NCBI GenBank assembly: GCA_019828565.1
Contig: JAHDYR010000011.1
Location: forward strand, 483,314-547,313
Direction: 5' to 3'
Source of the DNA: Carpediemonas membranifera BICM
Taxonomy: Eukaryota > Protista > Fornicata
DNA: 64,000 bases
Shown: in pieces, positions 53,570 to 63,147 of the stretch
Layout: every line of letters starts with the position of its first letter
How positions within the stretch are numbered: the first letter of the stretch is position 1
Notes under the pieces: model-generated
What the model was told of the DNA's origin: nothing
What the model saw: only the letters and a program-made list of their open reading frames with translations
Database searches by the model: none
Made by a program: the position numbers and the translations under genes

Positions 53570-53756
53570 GTTGACATGGTATTATACTTTTAAAGATAAG
53601 AGGATACTTGGTAACGTGTCAACGAGGGTAGAGCGGCGCCAAATTCTTGCTTCAAACGCTCTTCTGTTGAAGTATCATAGAGTGCACAGTGCAAGCACTG
53701 CGTCTCTCCACTTCAATTAGCTTGCCCGGAGGCAAAGACTAGCGGCTGGTTAGCCG
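53570..53756 (-). ncRNA. Candidate Fanzor omega-RNA scaffold / element right end
   Basis: Five consecutive stems starting just before the stop of the Fanzor-like frame, including C(UCCG)G and G(CUUG)C tetraloops on the minus strand. Confidence 0.55.
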
Positions 53757-54083
53757 TAATTGGTGTATTGGGTTATAGTTGGGAAGACGGGCTGGAGGTC
53801 TTGGATTTCTGAAAGCACTGGCTTGATACTGTGCATCCGTCATGAGGCCGCAATCCAAGATGTTCTGTGCAGCAGTCTTGTCTCTGTGGGAGAGATTGAG
53901 CCAAGTGGTGGTAGTAGGATCGGAATTGAGGCGTTGCTGTCTGTACCACGGAGCACCTTGACAATTCGGGTTGTGGCATCGCATCGTGCGCCTCGTGTAG
54001 CGAGTTCTACGGAACCTCGCGCGGCAGAAGGGGCAGACGAGTGAGATACTGCAGTCTTCCGATACTGATTTATAATATATAAT
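53739..54083 (-). mobile_element. 5'-truncated TnpB/Fanzor-like nuclease fragment (RuvC-II Glu, C4 Zn finger, RuvC-III)
   Basis: 114-codon open frame: KSVSEDCSISLVCPFC...MRCHNPNC...HRDKTAAQNILDCG...RNPRP. Confidence 0.72.
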
Positions 54084-54282
54084 TTATATAAACTGCACAA
54101 TGACTCAGGGGTGCAGGGCAAATATGACCCAACCAATTGGTCACCACAGCTGCCTCCTCTCCCAGTGGGGCAACCCTGCACTCGGGGTGTCTGGGATAGG
54201 TGGGAAGCTAGTTGCTTGGCGAGAGGACTGGAGAAGCAAGCTGAGACCTCTCGCAGTTTATGCAAATATCATCGCCGCAGAA

Positions 54283-56754
54283 ATGTCAACAGAAAGGCAA
54301 CAGCGAGCCCTAGAACGGTACCGTGCAATGCAGGACCAATGGGCACGCTACGCCCATCGGATATCTTCGAGGCTAGATCGCCCGATGAATGATAACATGC
54401 TTGCACGCTCTAGAGACTACAGGAGGGTTGTAGAGGTCAAACAAATGCTGGATGCCGCACGCCCACCAGCAAGTCACAGCGAAGATTGGCAAATGTCGCT
54501 CCGTGGCGATGTTGAGAGCGAGAGGTTCGTCCCCATCGGCTCCGTGTTCAGCGGGCTCTTCGTGAAGGTGCAGGGGCCTAGAACTCAGCCTATCATCAGA
54601 ACAGGCGTCCCAGGGTCGGGTGCTGGTGCAATGGCGCAGGTGGCCTCGAAGATTGCGGCGGCCCCGAAGGCGCGTCAGAGGCTTCAGTACCTCCCCGCCC
54701 AGCTGGCACCAATAGAGGCCGACATCGATGGCCTCATTATCGAGGGCCAACCTCTACCTGTTCGGGACGCGATCCCCTTCCCCGACGACGGCGAAGAGAC
54801 CGCTCAGCTTGTCCTCGACGAGCCTGAGGGCGACGCTCCCGCTGGATCCGTCAAGCGCAAGGAGACGCCCGCTAGATCTGTCAGAATCGAGGAGGACAAC
54901 GAGCCCCAGCCCTCACTGAACATTGCCACCCCTAAGCCCGCCCTATTGGCGGCAGGCGGCATCGCAGTGACAGAGATGGCCATTGAGAACACGGGAAACA
55001 CCGTGGTCGAGGTCAAGTGGACCCCGAAACCCCGGGCAACGTCGCTCCTGGGCCTCCGCACGAAGACGGCCCCCGCGATGACGATCACGCCTGAACACAA
55101 GACCCTCATCCCCGGAGAGGTCGCGATGTTCCGTATCATGGGCGAGATCCCCGCCGCCGGCATCTTCTGGTCCGTTTTTGAGCTGACCACGCTGCCCGCC
55201 ATCCCCTCTGCCCCCAAGACGATCGAGTGCACGGTTGGGTCCTTCCCTGAATACGACCCGTTCGTGGAGGACGACGACCTTGAGGCTTTCCACGACGAGC
55301 TGGCCGAGCGGGCTGTTCGTACAAGCATCCAGGACATCGTTGACGGCATGGCGGACCGGGCGTCGACCGTGCTGACCGAGGAGGAGAGAAGGGACCCTGA
55401 CCAGGAGCTGTGGGACGCCGTGAACAAGCAGTACGGCCTCTATTACTCTCCTACCGTCTTCCGCATGCTAGAAGCGCTATTCAGCTCAGCCAGACTGCTC
55501 ATTGACGAGTCTGCGGGAGTGGTCGAGCCCGAGGATCCCAAGTGGGACGCTGACCTCGAGGCCCTCGTAGAGCTCATCCAGTCGCTCCCGGACGAGGGCG
55601 AGGATGGCCCCACACCCCGGCAGACCCACCTTTCCCTGCTGTCCGACGCCCTCCAGCTTGCCGCCACGCCGTCCGACTGTGTTGTCCGGGCGGACTACTC
55701 CAAGTACCTTTCCGTAAGGGACAGACGCCCACTCCGCACAGTTCACCGCGAGGCCGCTGTCCGCGCCCTGCTGGTTGAGCTGCTCGGCACGGCCGTCGGA
55801 CCCGGGTCCGAGTCTGTCCTGCCGACCATGGTCCACACAGAGCCGGTCCCGGCACTCCCCACTGGATCGCCTGAGGGTGTGGTTGGCGGGGTGGTGGAGG
55901 GTGAGGCGGACGCGGAGAACGCGCTGGATGAGCCCGAGAAGGAGGACAGCCTGGTCGGAGACGACGGGGCCGAGCCTGAGGCCGAAGAGACCCCCAAGGA
56001 GACCGAGCCGCAAGGCGACTTCTTCGAAACTCTCGTAGCCCAGGCAACAGAGTTCTACCAGACCCAGGTGGCTGCCGTCACGGAGCACCAGGAGGCACTC
56101 AAGACCGCCCACCACACGTGGGACAAGGCACGCAAGAAACAGGAGCGGAAGCTGGCCGAGAAGAAGCGGATGGCCGCGGAGATCGGGGAGACCTACCTCG
56201 AGACGCCAGAGGACGGCCCCCCGCCGACCCCGGCCCTGCCCCCCAAGCCGGACATGACCGTGACCCTGCCCGTACCCGCCCAGCCGCGCCACGTCCCAGA
56301 GTTCAGCAACCTGGTGAACGGGATGGGTACGATTTATTTCCCACGGCCACCGGAGCCTGAGCCCGAGCCGGAGCCCGAGGACACGACCGAGTCTGCCCCG
56401 TCTGAGGCCCACACGCCGCGCACTCCCCGCACCCAGCGGAGTGCTCGGGCGAAGAAGGAAGAGCCCGCCACGCCGCCCAAGAAGTCGGCCCGGCCCAACG
56501 CCAAGGACAAGAAGACAGAACAGGCCCCGTCGCCCGAGCCGACACCCGAGCCCGAGCCAGAGGTTGACCCTTGGGAGCCGGCGCCTGAGCCCAACAAGGA
56601 CGCTATCGTGTTGACGATGGCCAGGCCACTCATCAGCGGGCTTGTCGAGCGTGCTGTTGGCATCATGGAGGGGGCGGACGGGTTCTGGGCGGTGCTTGAC
56701 AGGGTCCATGCAAGTCTCCGGCAGGTTGATATGGGTGAGTGCGAGGAGGAGTAA
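54283..56754 (+). CDS. MYCBPAP: MYCBP-associated protein-like (MYCBPAP, flagellar)
   Basis: RALERY...W......ISSRLDR....MLARSRDYR, WQMSLR, VPIGSVFSGLF, Ig-like IENTGNTVV..W...LIPGE..F...GIF; acidic, Pro-rich tail. Confidence 0.65.
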   Translation: MSTERQQRALERYRAMQDQWARYAHRISSRLDRPMNDNMLARSRDYRRVVEVKQMLDAARPPASHSEDWQMSLRGDVESERFVPIGSVFSGLFVKVQGPRTQPIIRTGVPGSGAGAMAQVASKIAAAPKARQRLQYLPAQLAPIEADIDGLIIEGQPLPVRDAIPFPDDGEETAQLVLDEPEGDAPAGSVKRKETPARSVRIEEDNEPQPSLNIATPKPALLAAGGIAVTEMAIENTGNTVVEVKWTPKPRATSLLGLRTKTAPAMTITPEHKTLIPGEVAMFRIMGEIPAAGIFWSVFELTTLPAIPSAPKTIECTVGSFPEYDPFVEDDDLEAFHDELAERAVRTSIQDIVDGMADRASTVLTEEERRDPDQELWDAVNKQYGLYYSPTVFRMLEALFSSARLLIDESAGVVEPEDPKWDADLEALVELIQSLPDEGEDGPTPRQTHLSLLSDALQLAATPSDCVVRADYSKYLSVRDRRPLRTVHREAAVRALLVELLGTAVGPGSESVLPTMVHTEPVPALPTGSPEGVVGGVVEGEADAENALDEPEKEDSLVGDDGAEPEAEETPKETEPQGDFFETLVAQATEFYQTQVAAVTEHQEALKTAHHTWDKARKKQERKLAEKKRMAAEIGETYLETPEDGPPPTPALPPKPDMTVTLPVPAQPRHVPEFSNLVNGMGTIYFPRPPEPEPEPEPEDTTESAPSEAHTPRTPRTQRSARAKKEEPATPPKKSARPNAKDKKTEQAPSPEPTPEPEPEVDPWEPAPEPNKDAIVLTMARPLISGLVERAVGIMEGADGFWAVLDRVHASLRQVDMGECEEE

Positions 56755-57010
56755 AGTTGTATCATGGCGGTGGGAGTGGTTGAGGTCCCAGGCTAAACAG
56801 AGGTGACCGGGATCGTTGGTTGAGACTGTTATCTTAACATCCACTTCGCGGTCTTCCATTGTCATGAGACAAACTCCTGTTTGTCTGTGGATTCTTGTGG
56901 CAGCTATGGGGTTCCAAGGCAGCGGACTCAAGATAAGTCGTTTGCTGGTGGTCATGGGATGATTTATGCGATTTATGTGTCTTCATGTATAGCAGAATCA
57001 CATTACCAAT

Positions 57011-57577
57011 ATGCCGTCTAGATCGTCGTCTCGGTCTCGGCGTCGTTTAAGCACATCATCTAACCACTCCGACAAGTCTATTAGATCATCATCTTCTGTG
57101 AAGAGCACGCATAGCGAGCGCGATTCATCATCACGGTTGGTTAAGCTCGATCCAGCCCAAGAAAAGACGCGGAAAACTGTGCGCCGGCTGCTGAAGGCCG
57201 GATACAATGAGAAGGATCTTATGAACATGTTCGGGCTATCCAAAGATGATTTGAAAATGTGCAAATCATCCGCCCCTTATGAGAACTCCAAAAACCAACG
57301 CTCCCATCCCTCTTCCATCCAGGCCTCCTTCGACGGCGGTGCTCAGACATCAAATGACGACACTCTCTCCGTTCTTTCCGACCAGCCCCGAGTCAGTGGG
57401 TCTTCCCGCCACCAGCCCCGGTCGACCCTCAGTCCCAGGCGGCACTCCATAGCCGTGGACATCAAGGCCCTCACGAGAACCCCCAAGGCGCCGCGACGCA
57501 CTCCTGTACGCCGCATCAAGGACCTGGGTCGTGGCATTGGGGAGCTGCTGGCTCCCTTTATTGGACCCATCCCGTGA
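57011..57577 (+). CDS. Hypothetical S/R-rich protein
   Basis: 188-aa ATG-initiated ORF filling the gap; no motif recognised. Confidence 0.5.
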   Translation: MPSRSSSRSRRRLSTSSNHSDKSIRSSSSVKSTHSERDSSSRLVKLDPAQEKTRKTVRRLLKAGYNEKDLMNMFGLSKDDLKMCKSSAPYENSKNQRSHPSSIQASFDGGAQTSNDDTLSVLSDQPRVSGSSRHQPRSTLSPRRHSIAVDIKALTRTPKAPRRTPVRRIKDLGRGIGELLAPFIGPIP

Positions 57578-58069
57578 GAACCCGCAAATTCGCGCCCGCA
57601 GTGCATCGATCGTAATTGATGTGCGACACCGATACGCGTTTTTTTCTTTCGCTGTAACAATACCGTGCTTTCTTTTTGTAATCAGATTAAATACGTAATT
57701 TAATCACTTGCAGCTCATCTACATGCGGCCAGCCGGGGCTAGCCACTCCGCTGGGAGGACCTCGTCCCACGGCAACACACCCGTGGTCCTTCCCCCGAAG
57801 GTGTAAACGTTGAGTAATGGTGGCGGCGGCGATTGTTCGCGCGCCTGAAAGCGGCCAAGCTGGTTGTCAGGCTGTTTACCGTCCATGTTATTTTTGTTAT
57901 TTCAACCGCTGTTTAACTTCCTGGAGTGGCAGGCAGTCGAGTGAAGGGATAGAAACAGTCATATTCTCCCTTCGCAGCACTCCCGTGTGGCAACAGGGTG
58001 CTGGGTCCAGCGATAGTCGGTCGGCGATGACACGCTTAAACTGCACCCAGATTTTTGGCAATTTCTCGC

Positions 58070-59662
58070 ATGAACGTTCTGAAGTCCGAGGCTTCTGAAG
58101 AGAGAGGAGAATTTTCACACCAGTCTACTTTTATTGGTGCTATCGCCATTGCTGACATGCTCAAGACGACGCTAGGCCCTCTTGGCATGGACAAAATCCT
58201 TCAAAGCATGAGTGGTGTTGATTCCCTGACCATCACAAACGATGGTGCGACAATTCTTAGTTCACTTTCTGTAGATAACCCCGCTGCGAGAGTTCTGATC
58301 AATCTCTCCACCACACAGGATCAAGAGATTGGTGACGGCACCACGAGCGTTGTCGTCTTCGCTGGTGAGCTCCTGCGCATGGCCGAGCAGCTCATTGCCC
58401 GCGGTATCCCCGTTCCCGTCATCCGCGAGGGCTACCAGCGTGCCTCTGCGGCCGCCCTTGCTGCGTTGACTGAAAGCGCCAATGCCAACGACGGGAGCGA
58501 AGAGGCGTTCAGAGAGGAGCTCTTCCGCATCGCCATGACGACGCTGTCGAGCAAGATCCTCAACGTCGACAAGAAGTTCTTCGCCAACATGGCCGTGGAC
58601 GCCGTCCTCCGTCTGGGCGGGTCGACGAACCTCGCCAACATCCAGATCATCAAGAAGCTCGGCAAGACGATGGAAGACTCCTTCCTTGACGAGGGCTTCA
58701 TCCTTGACAAGCAGATCTCGGTCGGCTGCCCCGTGGACCTCAAGGCCGAGGACCCGGAGCACCCTCTGCGCGTCCTCGTCGCCAACACCTCTATGGACGC
58801 CGACAAGGTCAAGATCTTCGGCTCTAAGGCCAAGGTCTCGGGCGCCACAGAGCTGGCCGCCATCGAGTCCGAGGAGCGTCGCCGCATGCGCGACAAGTGC
58901 GCCCGCATCATGAAACACGATATCAACTGTTTCGTCAACCGCCAGCTTGTCTACAACCAGGCCGAGGAGGAGTTCGCGGCGAAGGGCGTGATGTGCATCG
59001 AGCACGCCGACTTCGACGGCATCGAGCGTCTCTCGCTCGTTCTCGACGCCGACATTCTCTCGACGTTCGACACTCCCGAGAAGGCCAGGGTTGGCACGTG
59101 CCAGCGCATCCACGAGATCATGATCGGCGAGGACAAGCTCATCCGGTTCGCGGGCGTCCCCAAGAACCAGGCGTGTACCATCGTCCTCCGCGGCGCCTCC
59201 AAGCACCTCCTCGACGAGGCTGAGCGCTCCCTGCATGACGCCCTCGCCGTTCTCTCGCAGACGGTGAAGGACAGGCACACATGCCTCGGCGCGGGCAGCT
59301 CCGAGATGCTCATGTCGCTCGCCGTCTCCCGCGAGGCCGACGAGCGCGAGGACCTGACCCAGGTTGCGATGGGGTCCTTCTCTCAGGCCCTCGAGAACAT
59401 CTGCTTCATCCTCTGCGAGAACGCCGGGCTTGACGCCAACACCATCGTCGCGAAGCTGCACGCTGCCCACGCTGGCGGGCACAAGACTGCTGGCATCGAT
59501 ATTGTGAACGGCTGCGTCGGTGATGCCCGCGAGCTTGGCATCGTCGAGGCCCTGAAGTCGAAGCGCCAGATGGTCATGTCCGCGACGGAGGCGGCGTCCC
59601 AGCTTCTTAAGGTTGACAACATCATCCGGTGCGCGCCTCGCGAGCGGCAGCAGGGCCAGTAA
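58070..59662 (+). CDS. CCT2: T-complex protein 1 subunit beta
   Basis: TLGPLGMDKIL, TNDGATIL, GDGTTSV, FVNRQLVYN, IEHADFDGIERL, IMIGED, CAPRER. Confidence 0.97.
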   Translation: MNVLKSEASEERGEFSHQSTFIGAIAIADMLKTTLGPLGMDKILQSMSGVDSLTITNDGATILSSLSVDNPAARVLINLSTTQDQEIGDGTTSVVVFAGELLRMAEQLIARGIPVPVIREGYQRASAAALAALTESANANDGSEEAFREELFRIAMTTLSSKILNVDKKFFANMAVDAVLRLGGSTNLANIQIIKKLGKTMEDSFLDEGFILDKQISVGCPVDLKAEDPEHPLRVLVANTSMDADKVKIFGSKAKVSGATELAAIESEERRRMRDKCARIMKHDINCFVNRQLVYNQAEEEFAAKGVMCIEHADFDGIERLSLVLDADILSTFDTPEKARVGTCQRIHEIMIGEDKLIRFAGVPKNQACTIVLRGASKHLLDEAERSLHDALAVLSQTVKDRHTCLGAGSSEMLMSLAVSREADEREDLTQVAMGSFSQALENICFILCENAGLDANTIVAKLHAAHAGGHKTAGIDIVNGCVGDARELGIVEALKSKRQMVMSATEAASQLLKVDNIIRCAPRERQQGQ

Positions 59663-59734
59663 ATGCCATTAAAACAGCCATTTAAGCACGTTAAAAATTT
59701 GTGCACTAACCTGCGTTTTCGCATATTCTTGACG

Positions 59735-62700
59735 ATGGAGGCCTATTTCGGGCAAACCGGAAACTCGCAACAGCTCTCCTTCAGTCTTGGCACAGAACTA
59801 ACTGTGGATGATCTGGAAGAGCACCATTTTTCTGCTTCCGTTCCCGAGATTCGTCAAACTGACACGGGCGATGTCTTTCTCTCTGAATTTCACACCATAC
59901 ACACAAGAGACTCCGATGGCAACCAGAGGCCGTGCTTGATGACGTTCAGGCGAGATTCTGAGCATGGGCGTTGGACTGTCAGCTTGAACTTTCTTACAGG
60001 AGTCGAGCCCGATCAAGCGGTGATGCAGTCGGCCCAGAACGACCTTAACGCCAAGGTCACCGCATATCTCCGCAATAGAGACTTCGTCTCTGCTTCTGGC
60101 GAACGTATTCCCGTCCGCGACCACAATCTTTTCGGCAATCTCGTCAGCGTGCACTACACACCCATCCCAGAGCCAGATCCAGAGCCCATCGTAGTCCAGC
60201 CAGTCCCAATGATAGCCTTCTCCTCAGAAGACGACACAGAGCCGGAGATCGAGTTTGAAACCGAGTCGGAGGAGGAGACCTCCCGGCCCTTTTACAACGA
60301 GGGGAAGATGATGAGCGGGGCGACGTGGTTGGAGCTTCTGCGGGAACGGATCATGGAGTTCATCGAACAGGTGCCGTACAAGCCGTTCATTGCTGCTGGA
60401 GCTGGCGTGACGATCCCGCTGGGGTGCTGTCTCTGTCTGCTCTGCTGTATCGTCCTCATGATCGCGACGATCCTCGCGATCTGTCTCCCCACCAGCATTT
60501 ATGTTATTTACAAGTTCCTCTGGTCCGATACTGTAACATTTGACAACTTGGAGATCACTGGGCTCGGCACCTTCGCCAACATCACAGCATTCAACTCTAC
60601 CCTCCACGGCATCGAGCTCGAGGACGCCATCATGAACTCTCTCGTGCTCGACTCGTTGACAGTCACTGACTTGACCACACTTGGGTCGACTTCGCTGTGG
60701 GAAGTGACATCGCCCAATGTCATAAGTCTCCCGGAGCTGGAGGTTACCGGAGAGCTCACGTCTTCTTCAATCACATCAGCCACGCTTAATGCCACTGATA
60801 AGGTCACAGCTGTCATCGTCAACGGCACATCCCAAGTTATTGGTGCGGACATTTCAGCAACGACTGCGCAGTTTACGACAGTCGACGCAACGAACATGAC
60901 CGCGACAGATTCGATGGATACTGTCAATATGACTGTGTCCGGCAACCTTGACGCTGACACGACGGGAAACGTGACTGCTCTAACACTTGACACACTGACG
61001 GTCACAACCCTCCTTACATCGAGTGGGAACACAGTGTGTGCAAATCTGACCTCGGACAACATCACGTCGCCTCTAGTATACGTCAACGGCGACTTTACCG
61101 CTGACGTTGGGACAATTACCACACTGACATCGCCAACGGGCACGATCACGACGTTGACTTCAACTGACGCGACCATCGAAAACCTCGACGTGACAACCAC
61201 TGCGACCATCCAGGACCTGGACGTGACCGCGAATGTCGATGCCGCAACCTTGACAACGAGCGGTCTGGCGACGATGGAGAGCGCCACGGTGACCAGCACC
61301 CTGACCGCTGGGGCCATCGACACTGATTCAATCGTGTCTGACTCCGCCAACTTCGACAACGTCGTTGTTCAGGTGAAAATAGACGTCCCGACCTTAAACT
61401 GCACTGGGACGGGCACGATCGCGACGCTCGAGTCTACGGAGGCGACGATCAGTACAGCCACTGTCTCTACGGCCACCATCACCGACCTCACCGTCGAGGA
61501 CAGCTGCACGCTGGGGGATGCCACTGCGGACTCAATGGATGTATCGACCACTTTATCCGCTAGCCATGTGGACACGTACAGCACCCGCACCAGGTTGATG
61601 ACAACGGATGTCCTGATAGCAACGGATGAGGTCGAATTCAGTGGCACCATCGAAAGTACGGCTGTCGCGACGTTCTCCAAGCTGAACGCCACTGCCTTCG
61701 CCTGCGACAGGTCCGCCTTCTCCGGCCCGATGTACTTCGTGGATGACCTGACCTCAAGGGCCCTAATCCTGGACTCTAGCACTCCCTCGTCCGCCGCGTT
61801 CTACGGCGCTCGTATCAACCGGACAGAGGACACCATCAGTCTCAACGGCGTGCCCCTCACGCAGCTGCACTCCCCCGTTCCCGTCAGCGAGTACTCCTCG
61901 GTGTCCAGCACCACGGCGGGCAGCTACATCGGCGTCGCCACGTCTTACACCGGCAAGCCTGTCATTGGCGCTGTGCGGTCGAGTAACGCGTATCTCATCA
62001 CTTGCATGGATATCCAGTGTAACAACACCAACACCAACGGCCCTATCGGTACATTCACCATGTCCACGGGCGTCCGAAACATCGTTCCAATCCCATACGG
62101 CGTCGATTCATTCACATCAGTGTTCTTCATCGACAGCAGCTCGGACGCTTACATACGTACATGTGACTCGCTCGACTGCACTAGTATCTCGGCCGCCAAT
62201 CAGTACGCTATCAGCACGTCGGCGGGCGGCAACCTAGCTGCAACACGCATTATGGTGGGCACCGCGACAAAGCCCCTGCTCGTCTACTACGACACCACTT
62301 CGTCCCTAGTGAAGTTGGTGCAGTGCACCACCTTAACCTGCTCCACGAGAACTGAGTTGACCGCCGTTGACCTCAGTGCCGGCAGCCCCACGACTGTGGC
62401 TGTGGAGATCGAGCATGTACCCGGGGTTGGCGTGCTCGTGGCAGTGTCGGCCGACACGATTAACACTGTGGAGCTTGTAGCGTGCACGACACTGTCATGT
62501 TCTGCTGTCGATGCTGCGACTAGCATTCTTACCGGGCTGACTGGTGCATGCAAGCCCGTCTTCGGTGCCACGCCCACTGGAACTCCGCTCATTGCATGCG
62601 GGACTGGGACAACGGTGAGGGTTGCCCGGCTGGACACCTCCGCTGAGATGTCCATTGACCTTGCTGCTCTCGGCATCTCTCTGAGTGGCCCGTTCGGCGT

Positions 62701-62932
62701 GGCGTTCACCAATGCCCCCGAGATCTCTGGGCCAAGCGGGTTCACTCTCGCGCTTGTCGACAACACTGGCAGCAACCTCTATGTATACGGCTGCTACGAC
62801 CCGACTTGTTCGGCTAACTCGGGTCTCATTGGTGTCGATTCAGTGGCCGACGGCACGTTTGTTGCTCAGGTCGGTGATGCCGTCATGACCAAGTCAACCA
62901 CGACTGCATACAGAGTCAATGCGTTCAGATAG
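59735..62932 (+). CDS. Type II membrane surface protein with Thr-rich beta-repeat stalk and Cys-repeat C-terminal domain
   Basis: Cytosolic N-terminus, Cys-rich transmembrane segment (LGCCLCLLCCIVLMIATILAICLP), (G/A)TIxxL repeats, then repeated CxxxxC motifs. Confidence 0.7.
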   Translation: MEAYFGQTGNSQQLSFSLGTELTVDDLEEHHFSASVPEIRQTDTGDVFLSEFHTIHTRDSDGNQRPCLMTFRRDSEHGRWTVSLNFLTGVEPDQAVMQSAQNDLNAKVTAYLRNRDFVSASGERIPVRDHNLFGNLVSVHYTPIPEPDPEPIVVQPVPMIAFSSEDDTEPEIEFETESEEETSRPFYNEGKMMSGATWLELLRERIMEFIEQVPYKPFIAAGAGVTIPLGCCLCLLCCIVLMIATILAICLPTSIYVIYKFLWSDTVTFDNLEITGLGTFANITAFNSTLHGIELEDAIMNSLVLDSLTVTDLTTLGSTSLWEVTSPNVISLPELEVTGELTSSSITSATLNATDKVTAVIVNGTSQVIGADISATTAQFTTVDATNMTATDSMDTVNMTVSGNLDADTTGNVTALTLDTLTVTTLLTSSGNTVCANLTSDNITSPLVYVNGDFTADVGTITTLTSPTGTITTLTSTDATIENLDVTTTATIQDLDVTANVDAATLTTSGLATMESATVTSTLTAGAIDTDSIVSDSANFDNVVVQVKIDVPTLNCTGTGTIATLESTEATISTATVSTATITDLTVEDSCTLGDATADSMDVSTTLSASHVDTYSTRTRLMTTDVLIATDEVEFSGTIESTAVATFSKLNATAFACDRSAFSGPMYFVDDLTSRALILDSSTPSSAAFYGARINRTEDTISLNGVPLTQLHSPVPVSEYSSVSSTTAGSYIGVATSYTGKPVIGAVRSSNAYLITCMDIQCNNTNTNGPIGTFTMSTGVRNIVPIPYGVDSFTSVFFIDSSSDAYIRTCDSLDCTSISAANQYAISTSAGGNLAATRIMVGTATKPLLVYYDTTSSLVKLVQCTTLTCSTRTELTAVDLSAGSPTTVAVEIEHVPGVGVLVAVSADTINTVELVACTTLSCSAVDAATSILTGLTGACKPVFGATPTGTPLIACGTGTTVRVARLDTSAEMSIDLAALGISLSGPFGVAFTNAPEISGPSGFTLALVDNTGSNLYVYGCYDPTCSANSGLIGVDSVADGTFVAQVGDAVMTKSTTTAYRVNAFR

Positions 62933-63147
62933 GCGCGTTGATTATACATACCACATCGCTGATAAATCATGTTATTCACCAATGCTGTGCAAATCATGCC
63001 TCTGCAAGAATGGGGATGGAGTCCAACAAAAGCGAGTCGATAGCGGGTATGTATTCCTCCTTTAGACACGCTGCTGCCCCGCCTCGTTGTCCAAACTGGT
63101 GTCCTGCTGCGAGGAGCACTTTATGCGGCATTTTGACAGGATTGTCG

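Noticed and set aside
54065-54093. Possible 29-nt intron (GTTTAT...AATCAG, minus strand) that would extend the Fanzor-like frame to 54265
   Set aside because: The added upstream peptide has no ATG and no RuvC-like character, and there is no room for a full nuclease before the MYCBPAP-like gene. It does not rescue an intact gene.
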